A DNA stretch of 64,000 nucleotides from Macrostomum lignano (Eukaryota): positions 9,521-73,520 of the forward strand of contig NIVC01003856.1 of the NCBI GenBank assembly GCA_002269645.1, given 5' to 3'. Position 1 is the first letter of the stretch; every line of letters begins with the position of its first letter. The position numbers and the translations under genes were made by a program. The notes below the pieces were generated by a model. That model had not been told where the DNA came from. It ran no database searches and saw only the letters and a list, made by a program, of their open reading frames with translations. This document shows, piece by piece, positions 53,846 to 64,000 of this stretch.

Positions 53846-54644
53846 GCCGCTGGTTTGATGTTTTTAGCCTTCAAACTGGTTTTTAACCTTCTTTTCCCTC
53901 GCTTTCTTACCATTGTATTTCAACAGGGTTATGTTCAAGCCTACTTAAGTCTTTATTAAGGCCACAAAAAAGTTTATTGCCTAAGCAGTCCCCTGAAATC
54001 CCGGCTCTCTTTGGGGTGCCGAACTTCTGTCTATGGCCAAAACCGGAAAACCGCGGCAGTGTGCTCAATACTGACGAGGCCGCCGCTTCCAGTTCTCATG
54101 AAATCCCAGTCTCACGCCTCCGTGTCTGGTGTTCGCCCCGCTCCACTATTTAACCAGGAAATCGTTTATTTTATTACTCTTTTAACCAAGAATTGTTTTC
54201 GAATTTTTCAATAGAATATTGTTTAACTGACAATATTAATTGCTTGCGGATTTGGCTGGCTTTGTAAGCCCCCCCCCCCCAGCCTCTCTGCTCAGTATTC
54301 CCGGCTAGGCGCCCAGTGTTAATCAGCTGTTTCTGTGGCGAAGTTTTAGTTCAGTACAATCAGCTTTTGTTAAGCGTATTTCTATGCACGTGAAGCATCC
54401 GTGATTTTGCTCAGATATTTGTCGGCACTCCTGTACCCAATATTATATTTGAGCATTATATATTTACTAAATTGTAACAACACGCTAACCCCAGGCTGTG
54501 CGAATCATTGTGCACTTGCGTCCTTGACTGTGCCACTAGTAGAGCTGCTAGGTCTGATGTTCACTGACTTCCCGCGCTTAGCAGTGGCTACAAGCGATTT
54601 GTACTTTTGGTTTATTAGAAGACACAACTGTATGGTTTGCACTT

Positions 54645-55665
54645 TTGGGATCGTAGGCTACAGGAACTGTACTTTTAGGGTTGTAGGCTACAGAAACTGT
54701 ACTTTTAGGGTTGTAGGCTACAGAAACTGTACTTTTAGGGTTGTAGGCTATAGAAACTGTACTTTTAGGGTTGTAGGCTACAGAAACTGTACTTTTAGGG
54801 TTGTAGGCTATAGAAACTGTACTTTTAGGGTTGTAGGCTATAGAAACTGTGCTTTTAGGGTTAGCTACAGAAACTGTACTTTTAGGGTTGTAGGCTATAG
54901 AAACTGTACTTTTAGGGTTGTAGGCTACAGAAACTGTACTCTTAGGGTTGTAGGCTATAGAAACTGTACTTTTAGGGTTAGCTACAGAAACTGTACTTTT
55001 AGGGTTGTAGGCTATAGAAACTGTACTTTTAGGGTTGTAGGCTACAGAAACTGTACTCTTAGGGTTGTAGGCTATAGAAACTGTACTTTTAGGGTTATAG
55101 GCTACAGAAACTGTACTTTTAGGGTTGTAGGCTACAGAAACTGTACTTTTAGGGTTGTAGGCTATAGAAACTGTACTTTTAGGGTTAGCTACAGAAGCTG
55201 TACTTTTAGGGTTGTAGGCTATAGAAACTGTACTTTTAGGGTTGTAGGCTATAGAAACTGTACTTTTAGGGTTGTAGGCTACAGAAACTGTACTCTTAGG
55301 GTTGTAGGCTATAGAAACTGTACTTTTAGGGTTAGCTACAGAAACTGTACATTTAGGGTAGTTAGCTATAGAAACTGTACTTTTAGGGTAGTTAGCTATA
55401 GAAACTGTGTACTTTAAGGGTAGTAAGCTACAGAAACTGTGTACTTTAAGGGTAGTAAGCTACAGAAACTGTGTACTTTCAGGGTAGCTAGCTATAAAAA
55501 CTGTACTTTTTGGGTAGTAAGCTATAAACTGTACGTTTAGGGCAGTAAACGCAGCGACTGTACTTTTAGGGTAGTTAGCTATAGAAACTGTACTTTTGGG
55601 GTAATTATCTATAGCAACTGTGTACTTTTAGGGTAGTAAGCTACAGAAACTATGTACTTTTAATG
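54645..55665. repeat. 30-bp minisatellite
   Basis: Unit ACTGTACTTTTAGGGTTGTAGGCTA(C/T)AGAA, about 33 copies, degenerating at the 3' end. Confidence 0.95.
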
Positions 55666-56157
55666 TACTATTCTGCGAAGACTGTCAATTTTATCTAATA
55701 ATCTACAGCCCGTACTTTTAAGGTAGGAAGCTACGAAGACTTTGCTCTTGTATTCTGAGGCAGAGATCCGATTCCAAGTCACTTCGCTATCCATCCAGTT
55801 TTTTCCTGAGCTTGCTCGCGCCCCGTGAGTCGGCGCCACATTTTTCTTCCATTTATTTCCATAGAGCGCTTCGCCGAGCTGGAGATCATCTATTTTTGCT
55901 TGCTTCCGCCCCCTGTGATTTCTGTTTGCCCCTTTGCGCCCCCGCCCGAGCGTGCGGCAGGGACTTCCCGGCCGAATTCGCTTGCCCCAGACTGACCGGC
56001 TCTGGCCGACTTTGGTGCTCCTTCACTATCGTAATGCTAAGCATGCATAAATATAAATACATATTTCTATATTAGCAAGGCGTTCTTGAACTTAATTCAT
56101 TTCTTAAACCTCAATAACCCTTCTGTGTTATTGCGACGGAAGAAATCTTTTGAATTC

Positions 56158-56466
56158 GACTGACTGACTGACTGACTGACTGACTGACTGACTGACTGAC
56201 TGACTGACTGACTGACTGACTGACTGACTGACTGACTGACTGACTGACTGACTGACTGACTGACTGACTGACTGACTGACTGACTGACTGACTGACTGAC
56301 TGACTGACTGACTGACTGACTGACTGACTGACTGACTGACTGACTGACTGACTGACTGACTGACTGACTGACTGACTGACTGACTGACTGACTGACTGAC
56401 TGACTGACTGACTGACTGACTGACTGACTGACTGACTGACTGACTGACTGACTGACTGACTGACTG
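56158..56466. repeat. Perfect (TGAC)n microsatellite
   Basis: About 77 uninterrupted units. Confidence 0.98.
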
Positions 56467-56860
56467 AATTATCACTCTGGGCAGGAGATTGGGATTAGAT
56501 CATGGCTGGGGATATTCCCCAGCGCATCCGGCTTGAGATCAGCTTCCTTGATCGGGCTTTCAATTTTTCTCCTAATCCTATCGAGCTCTGCCGGTCCGGC
56601 TCGGGAGCGGCACTGAGCTGAGAGATGCACCCGCATGAATCTCATTAGACTGGCCGTCCGGTTAAAGGATGCCCACGAGCTCGGCTGCCCCGGCTGGCTG
56701 CACCTGTAATTTCCCGTCCTTTGTCCACCAGCGACCCCATTGGACGGTTTCGGCATTCGTCCGGCCGCTGCCGCCCTCTTCCAATATTTAGAAGGGTAGC
56801 CGGCTCTGCTCCCGCCGGAGATCTGCTTCTGCTGCTCTCTGCTGACCGCCGTATCAGAAG

Positions 56861-57324
56861 ATGAACTTCTTCAGCCTGCGGCTGCTGCTTGCCTGCTGTC
56901 TCATGGCCGCCTTGGTTGACTGCAGGGCCCCGTTTGTGCCAAAGTTGCTCCAAGATCCGGACCGCTTGCTTTCTATGACCAGATACGGTGAGTGCTATGA
57001 CTGAGGGTGAGCTGTGTATGACTACAGACACTGACAGCCATGACTGAGTGGTGAGCTGTGTATGACCGGTCAGATCCTGAGAGCTTTCGTGGCAGCCTTT
57101 TAAATTGACCTAAAACTTGAAGCGCTCATGGATTCTGAGCCCGCAGTCATCCTAGCAACAAAATCCTCATTTTCCCAGAGGCCATGATAGCGATCATGAG
57201 TGAGGTGTGCGAGGACTCGTGCCGCTATTCGCACCCCGGCGTACCCGAGTGCTCGGGCTACTACACGGGCAACTGGCACATGTACAACGACTGCGTGTGC
57301 ACCTCCTGCAGCTTTTTTGGTTGA
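56861..57324 (+). CDS. Secreted 90-aa cysteine-rich peptide precursor, CS-alpha-beta defensin-like
   Basis: Exons 56861-56987 (donor GTGAGT) and 57179-57324 (acceptor TTTCCCAG) join in phase 1 to give MNFFSLRLLLACCLMAALVDCRAPFVPKLLQDPDRLLSMTRYEAMIAIMSEVCEDSCRYSHPGVPECSGYYTGNWHMYNDCVCTSCSFFG. Confidence 0.75.
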
Positions 57325-57631
57325 CGCGGGGCTGCGCGCGCGCTGAATCCGGAGGAGACTGCATGCTCAGGCCGGGGAGGGGCCGCCCCATTATTAACCC
57401 CATTTGGCTAAATACACGCGAACTGTCCGGTCGGTTCAGGCTGGCCGAGACACCTGCAGCTGCTTGGCTTGAATATCTTTAAATATTTGAGTCTGATCTT
57501 TAACTTATCGACAGAAGATTCCGACTGACTGACAGTATTTTGATCAGGGGTGGGCAACTGCGACCAGCGGGCCACATGCGCCCTCTGGGTCCTTTGAAAC
57601 TTCACAATGGCAATTCGGTCCGCTTAAGGTT

Positions 57632-58400
57632 TGTCTCTTCTCAGCTCTCTTCTCTATAATCTCCTCTCTCCTTTCCTCTCCTCTCCTCCCCCCTCCCTTC
57701 TCTCCTCTCTCCTCTCCTCTTCTCTCCTCTCCTCTCCCTTCTCTCTTCTCCTTTCCTCTCCTCTCTCTTCTCTCTCCTCTCCTCTTCTCTCCTCTCCCTT
57801 CCTCTCCTCTCCCTTCCTCTCCTCTCCCTTCCTCTCCTCTCCCTTCCTCTCCTCTCCCTTCTCTCCTCTCTCCTCTCCTCTTCTCTCCTCTCCTCCCTTC
57901 TCTCCTCTCCCTTCCTCTCCTCTCCCTTCTCTCCTCTCCTCTTCTCTCCTCTCCTCCCTTCTCTCCTCTCCCTTCCTCTCCTCTCCCTTTCTCTCCTCTC
58001 CTTTCTCTCCTCCTCTCCTCCCTTCTCTCCTCTCTCCTTTCCTCTCCTCTCCTCCCCTCTCCCTTCTCTCCTCTCTCCTCTCCTCTTCTCTCCTCTCCTC
58101 TTCTCTCCTCTCCCTTCCTCTTCTCTCTCTTCTCTCCTCCTCTCCTCCCTTTTCTCCTCTCCCTTTCTCCTCTCCTCTCTCTTCTCTCCCTTCTCTCCCT
58201 TCTCTCTTCTCCTTTCCTCTCCTCTCTCTTCTCTCTCCTCTCCTCTCTCTTCTCTCTTCTTCCTTCTCTCCTGTCCTCTTCTCTCTCTCCTCTCTCCTCT
58301 TCTCTCCTTTCCCTTCACTCCTCTCCTCTCTTTTCTTCTTTATTGCCTCAATTCTCCTTTCTCCGATCTCTTTTCGTTCTTCTCTATTCCTTCTTCTCTC
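57632..58400. repeat. Polypyrimidine/polypurine tract (CTCTC/CTTCTC words)
   Basis: About 770 bp almost entirely C/T on the plus strand. Confidence 0.95.
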
Positions 58401-59189
58401 TCCATTCCTCTGGCCCGCAGTCATGCGCTAGGTTCTCTATCTGGCCCTTCAGCTACTAAGAGTAGACTAATGAGCAAATTATAACGAATTTCTGATTGTC
58501 CACTGGATCGATCAGCTCGTGATCTGGGGCGATAAGACGGTCCTGAGAGTGGAGCTCTTTGTGGTCGATGCTGGCTCGCAGGCATCCCAAGAGTGCCGCC
58601 CCCCCCCACACCGGCACATCTGTCTGCAGCAGTTCCTGAGCTTTGAATAATTCACTCGCTCGGATGAGGAGCTCCTGGGGCAGCTGCCGTGCCCGATATA
58701 CAATCTTCATTACGGCAGGACTCGCTATTCTCAACTGCGAGTTGCTATGGGCATTTTTTGTACGAGTAGGAATTAATTTGTAAGCAATTTATTTTTTTGA
58801 CACTGACAAAGCTGCAATTATACTATTTTAGACAGCAATATAACTTCAAGGAACAGTCCGATCAGTGGTTGCGCGCACACTAAAATTGATAATAAAGGAA
58901 CCAACTCTGTCGGGGAAAAACTTTGGGCTTCTAAGATTTCCTGTGTGTTCGAGTTCGCAGGCTGTGCTGCTCAGCTGGGTGCTTGCTGAGTGAGTCTGCT
59001 TGGCTGCGTAGGCCAGAATCGATGATTGACTTAACCAGCATCCTATAGACTGCAGGGGCTCATTTAATTTGTGCGGATAATGAGTCACCACTAATGCAGC
59101 TGAGCAGCGTTCGGATTAAAAATGTCCATCACAATTTAACAAACAGCCATGGACAGGAAAACAACGGGTCACAGAAACAGGAAACTTAC

Positions 59190-59755
59190 AGACAACACCT
59201 ATCTCACTCTCACCCATCTCACTCTCACCCATCTCACTAACCCATCTCACTCTCTGTCAATCTCACTCTCATCAATATCACTCTCACCCACCTCACTCTC
59301 ACCAATCTCACTCTCGCCCATCTCACTCTCACCCATCTCACTCTCTGGCCATCTCACACTCACTCACCCATTTCACTCTCATCAATCTCACTCTCACGAA
59401 TTTCACTCTCACCCATCTTACTCTCACCCCATCCTACTCTCACCCATCTCACTCTCATAAATCTCACATCCCACCCATCTCACTCTCCCCATCTCACTCT
59501 CATCAATCTCACTCCCACAAGTTTTACTCTTACCCATCTCAATCTCACCTATCTCACTCTCACTCATCTCTTATCAAACTCAATCTCACTCATCTCACTC
59601 TAACCCATCTCACTCTAATCATTTCACTCTCATCAATCTCACTCTCACAAATTCACTCTTACCCATCTCAATCTCAGCAATCTCACTCTCAATCATCTCA
59701 CTCTCATCAAACTCAATCTCACCCATCTCACTCTCATCCATCTCACTCACCCCAT
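59190..59755. repeat. Degenerate TCTCACTCTCACCCA repeat downstream of the globin stop
   Basis: Recurring ATCTCACTCTCA words. Confidence 0.8.
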
Positions 59756-59838
59756 GTCATGTCATGCGCATCTCATGTTCTCATTTTATGCCAAAGTCAT
59801 AAACTCATCTGTCCTTCATCAAGCAGCCCAGTCAGTTG

Positions 59839-62800
59839 CTAGCCCAGCTGCTGCTGCTGCGATGGCCCGTTGGCGCTGCTGCCTCGGCCAGCAGCCTCGG
59901 CCCGGAGCCTGATGCCGAACTCCATCTTGCCGGTGATGTAGCGGAACACAGCCAGCCAGGCTCGGCTCACTGCTCTGCTGTAGCTGGGGCCCAGCTTCTC
60001 TTGCAGGGCAAAGCTAACGGCGGGCCACAGCCTCTGCATAGGAATCGGGGCAGCGGCTCGAATTGAAAAGCTGCAGGTGAACTCAAGCTCAGCATATTAA
60101 TTGCCACTTGCTCAAGGAGGAGAGCAGACCAGCTCAGCTGTTGGCGCATTCTGACTCTTGAGCCAAACTACCCTGGGGTTCGAGTCCGTTTGCCGATCAC
60201 CCTGACTTGCAGCAGTGCCCAAAACCTTAGTGCAAACTCACTACATCCCATCTCACCCATCTAATTCTCAAGGTGACTCTGAGGTTCAAGCACATGTGGG
60301 TGCATTCGTGGGGCTGTAAATGGGGTTGTAGCCTAGAGGTTGGAGCGTCGAACTCACGACTAAAAGGTCGCGTGTTCGATTCTCGACTCACTCGAAACAA
60401 TTTGTGTCCTTGGGTAAGACACTTAACTCTGCATTGCTTCAGTTTATCTATTGCTGTAAAATGGGTGCCAGCATTAGCTGGGGTAACAGAGGGTGTGTAT
60501 GGCGACCTCCCAGTCCTTGGACTGAACAGCCGTACGCAGCCTTCAGATGCGCCGCGCAATACCTGCGGCTGAGCTGTCGGTTGCCTATCTGGCCCAATTG
60601 GCCAGATACGAGCGTCATAATATATTATTATTAATACTACTAGTATTGTTACTATCATTATCATGATTATGATTATAATTATTGCTACTGTTATTCATGG
60701 GCAGCTAAAAGCAGAACGCTGCACTCTCACATTCAAGCAAATTTTGACATGAAATCCCCATTTTATCCCCATTATCCCCTGGAATCCCAAGAAAGAGACT
60801 GCATGGGATGACAGCTGTCTCGGCGTTTCTCTAGTCAGCTGGTCCGACCAGTTTTTGCTTCCAGTCAGACTGATGGAAGGAGAATGCTTCCATTATCTTT
60901 TTAAGCATTGTTGAGATAAGTTGAGCTACAACTGAATTTGTGTTATGTGCTCTTACTGCCTTGGTGAGTTTAGAATAACTTACAAGAATTTTGCGGACCT
61001 TTAGGGATCAACACAACGGGAATTCACCTCTCCATCTTTGTACAAAACTTTTTTTCGTATATTTTGGCTGTTTTCTGATAGAATTCGCTGATAAGCTGCA
61101 GTTTGGCATGGAGCTGAAGTGCTCCATGCTAATCCTGCAGATCTCTGCGGATCTATACCAGTTGAACTCAGTACTTCAGGCTTCACAAATCTGTTGGAAT
61201 TGCCACGCGTGAAGGCTTGTTCCCCGCAATTTCTTCAGCTCATAAATATTTACAGCTTTGGCGGACTGTCGACAAAATCGCAGTTTATGAGCGCAAAGGG
61301 GCGATGCAGCTCGCACTAGAAGATTTTATTGCTGCTCAAAGGAAGCGCCACTGAAAGTTCCAATCGGCTGCCAAAATGGAAATTTCTCTGCGCTTCCGGT
61401 CTGATCTCAGACCTGAGATAGATTTTTTTGTCTAAGGAGTCAGAAGCCAGAATATAAATTCAACTGTGGATAAAGGCATTACTGGGGTTGGACAAAATAT
61501 TCTGCAGACAAAGGATGGGTCTTCGATTGAAAATTCTAACTCCCAAAAGCTCTTCCCCTATTGTACCCACATTGAATAACGTGCAATAAACTAGCTGGCT
61601 AACTCTCCTGCCCGAAGCTCTACCCCAAATGTACATTGACTGGCGTGCAATAAACTGTCTGGCTAACTCCCCTGCCCGAAGCTCTACCCCAATTTACATC
61701 GACTAACGCAATAAACTGGCTGGCTAACTCCCCTGCCGAAGCTCTACCCCCAATGTACATCGACTAACGCAATAAACTGGCTGGCTAACTTCCCTGCCCG
61801 AAGCTCTACCCCCAATGTACATTGACTGGCGTGCAATAAACTGGCTGGCTAACTCTCCTGCCCGAAGCTCTACCCCCAATGTACATTGACTGGCGTGATG
61901 GCGTGCAATAAACTGGCTGGCTAACTCCCCTGCCCGAAGCTCTACCCCCAATGTACATTGACTGGCGTGCAATAAACTCGCCAACTGTACTGTTCAAAGC
62001 TTTTTTCTGCATTGTAATTTTTTCATTACCTCTGGTTTGGCTCTGCCCCCCCCCCGCGGCCAAAGAGAAGCGAGTTTACTAACCATGAGGTGCTCCGGCC
62101 TTACTTGGAAGGCCCAGTGTGCCTGGCCCAGAGCCAGCAGCACTGAATTGAGCATCAGCGCGTCCTCCAGGCAGTCCACGGCGGCTCCCAGCGCCTGCAT
62201 CACCGCCAGGCCGTGCCGCTCCAATTTGCGCAAGTCAAATCGCTGCTGACAGCGACCGTCTGGAGCGACGCCGACGCCGCCGCCACCTCCGCTGTGCTCG
62301 GGAAGGCCGTCGCCTTCAAAATGTTCTTCCTGAGTGCCGTCGGGACACATCAGCCTGCAGAACAGGCCGCGGAGGTCGGCGTCGGTCTCGAATAGCCTGA
62401 CGATGACAGTGAGAGGAAATCAAACTGGATGAAATTTTCCTTATTTTGCCCGCCCCAATTCAATTATTTTTCTGTTCTAATCTGCTCAATCAGCGGCTAA
62501 TTTACTAATGAATCGGTAAGCTGGAGGCCACTGGAAGGTTGATTCTAATATAATTTCGACTTGAGAAAAAATATGCCGAGAGCTATACTGCTTTGCTCCG
62601 AGGATGTCCGGGTTGCTCAGCCTACTTTTGGGCCTGCTTGAAGCAAAAGCGCTCAAGTTAGATAAGGTGCAGTTAGAGGTGAGTAGAGGTGCCGGGGAGG
62701 GAGTGCAATTGTACATTGAGGTGGGTGCAGATGGCAAGGGAGTGCAAGTGTACATTGAGGTGGGTGCAGATGGCAAGGGAGTGCAAGTGTACATTGAGGT

Positions 62801-63628
62801 GGGTGCAGATGGCAAGGGAGTGCAAGTGTACATTGAGGTGGGTGCAGATGGCAAGGGAGTGCAAGTGTACATTGAGGTGGGTGCAGATGGCAAGGGAGTG
62901 CAAGTGTACATTGAGGTGGGTGCAGATGGCAAGGGAGTGCAATTGTGTGCATTGTGGTGGATGCAGATGGCAAGGGAGTGCAAGTGTGCATTGTGGTGGA
63001 TGCAGATGGCAAGGGAGTGCAAGTGTGCATTGTGGTGGATGCAGATGGCAAGGGAGTGCAAGTGTGCATTGTGGTGGATGCAGATGGCAAGGGAGTGCAA
63101 GTGTGCATTGTGGTGGATGCAGATGGCAAGGGAGTGCAAGTGTGCATTGTGGTGGATGCAGATGGCAAGGGAGTGCAAGTGTGCATTGTGGTGGATGCAG
63201 ATGGGAAGGGAGTGCAAGTGTACATTGAGGTGGGTGCAGATGGCAAGGGAGTGCAAGTGTGCATTGTGGTGGTGCAGATGGCAAGGGAGTGCAAGTGTGC
63301 ATTGTGGTGGATGCAGATGGGAAGGAATTTCACGCTGAGACATGGTTATATGATTATATGAATAAATGGAATTTGTTACAGTTGTGCGCGTAGAGTTCAA
63401 CGCTGCGAGCGCGTGTTTGCGGCTGTAGAATTAATGAAGCAATTAGCAGCCTCCAGACCTGATGAAGATTGCTATGCCTGTCCCGGCCAAGTCCAGACTC
63501 AGTAGCCGCCATGTGTCGCGCACCAGCGCCACCTGAACCGGGGTCAGGTGATTTCCAATCTGATCGTTCAGACATTGCTCGACCGACCGCAGCTGGTGGG
63601 GCCTGGTCTTGGAGCAGCCACAGCCCAT
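59839..63628 (-). CDS. Globin with N-terminal acylation motif (globin X-like), about 225 aa, 3 exons
   Basis: Exons 63628-63459 (phase 2), 62396-62084 (phase 0) and 60033-59839, which fit the conserved B12.2 and G7.0 globin intron positions. MGCGCS start, helix A LTPVQVALVRDTW, CD1 Phe (GLF), E7 His (LERHG), F8 His (GQAH), helix H AWLAVFRYI. Confidence 0.9.
60124..60194 (+). other. tRNA-like sequence (pseudo-tRNA or SINE head)
   Basis: AGCTCAG A-box-like word, GGTTCGAGTCC B box, and a possible acceptor stem GCAGAC/GTTTGC; no clean anticodon arm. Confidence 0.3.
60322..60700 (+). mobile_element. Full-length tRNA-derived CORE-SINE in globin intron 2
   Basis: A box TAGCCTAGAGG (60329), B box GTTCGATTC (60374), CORE-like TGTGTCCTTGGGTAAGACACTTAAC (60403), a body, and an ATT/TAT simple-repeat tail. 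Confidence 0.8.
61583..61978. repeat. About 62-64-bp minisatellite in globin intron 2
   Basis: Unit CAATAAACTGGCTGGCTAACTCCCCTGCCCGAAGCTCTACCCCCAATGTACATTGACTGGCGTG, about 6 copies. Confidence 0.9.
62700..63325. repeat. 39-bp minisatellite in globin intron 1, two variant blocks
   Basis: GCAAGTGTACATTGAGGTGGGTGCAGATGGCAAGGGAGT and GCAAGTGTGCATTGTGGTGGATGCAGATGGCAAGGGAGT. Confidence 0.95.
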
Positions 63629-64000
63629 GCTTTCAAAGGCAGCGAGACAGCATAGTCCAAACTCGCACCGAGACTTATCGCATCAAGGCTGAATGCACGG
63701 CCACAGCTAGCGCTGATCTGATTGGCCAAAGAAGCCAGCCAATAAGAGAAGACGACCGTCTTCCAGTTCCAGAGGGCACGGATGATCAGCTCTCTCCTGT
63801 GTCTTTCCAAGTGATCAAAGTTCGTCTGTGAATATGGGATTATGGGCATTACTAGATCGTTAAGCCTTCGGGGTCCAAGCGCCATTCTTGATTGGTTGAA
63901 GAATATTGGCTAGAGTTCAGTCATCCAACTTATTTTCCCCTGGAGGTGAAAATTCAGCCAGAATACCTTTGAGAGACGGATGAAAACAGAATGCCTAAGG

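Noticed and set aside
54645-55400. TTAGGG words suggesting interstitial telomere
   Set aside because: Only one TTAGGG per 30-bp unit, not tandem hexamers.

Overview
Eukaryotic (metazoan) genomic DNA. It has GC-rich exons, GT-AG introns and introns packed with mini- and microsatellites. The style would fit a free-living flatworm such as Macrostomum, but that assignment is inference only. Genes reconstructed by hand from splice sites and reading phase: an ER cyclophilin (+, ends RTEL), NF-YB (-), an INPP5E-like inositol 5-phosphatase with a CaaX box (+), three intronless divergent alpha-tubulins (-,+,-), a 21-exon DOCK9/10/11-like GEF of about 2,130 aa spanning about 31 kb (+), and an N-acylated globin (-). 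Two spliced genes are not resolved as such by the ORF track. One is an antisense gene nested in DOCK intron 13 that encodes a Brinker-type HTH protein with a CtBP-type PLNLS motif. The other is a two-exon secreted six-cysteine peptide with a mussel-defensin-like cysteine spacing. Mobile elements: an internally deleted DD34D mariner with 198-bp TIRs, a 120-bp MITE with an 8-bp TSD, and three copies of a tRNA/CORE-type SINE. The best leads are the nested Brinker-like repressor, the defensin-like peptide, the tubulin trio (no K40, no C-terminal Tyr, shared GCCATAGAC upstream motif, patchy homogenisation), the DOCK-D protein lacking a PH domain, and the globin with an expanded Cys-flanked CD loop. 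No database searches could be run; family calls rest on remembered motifs.
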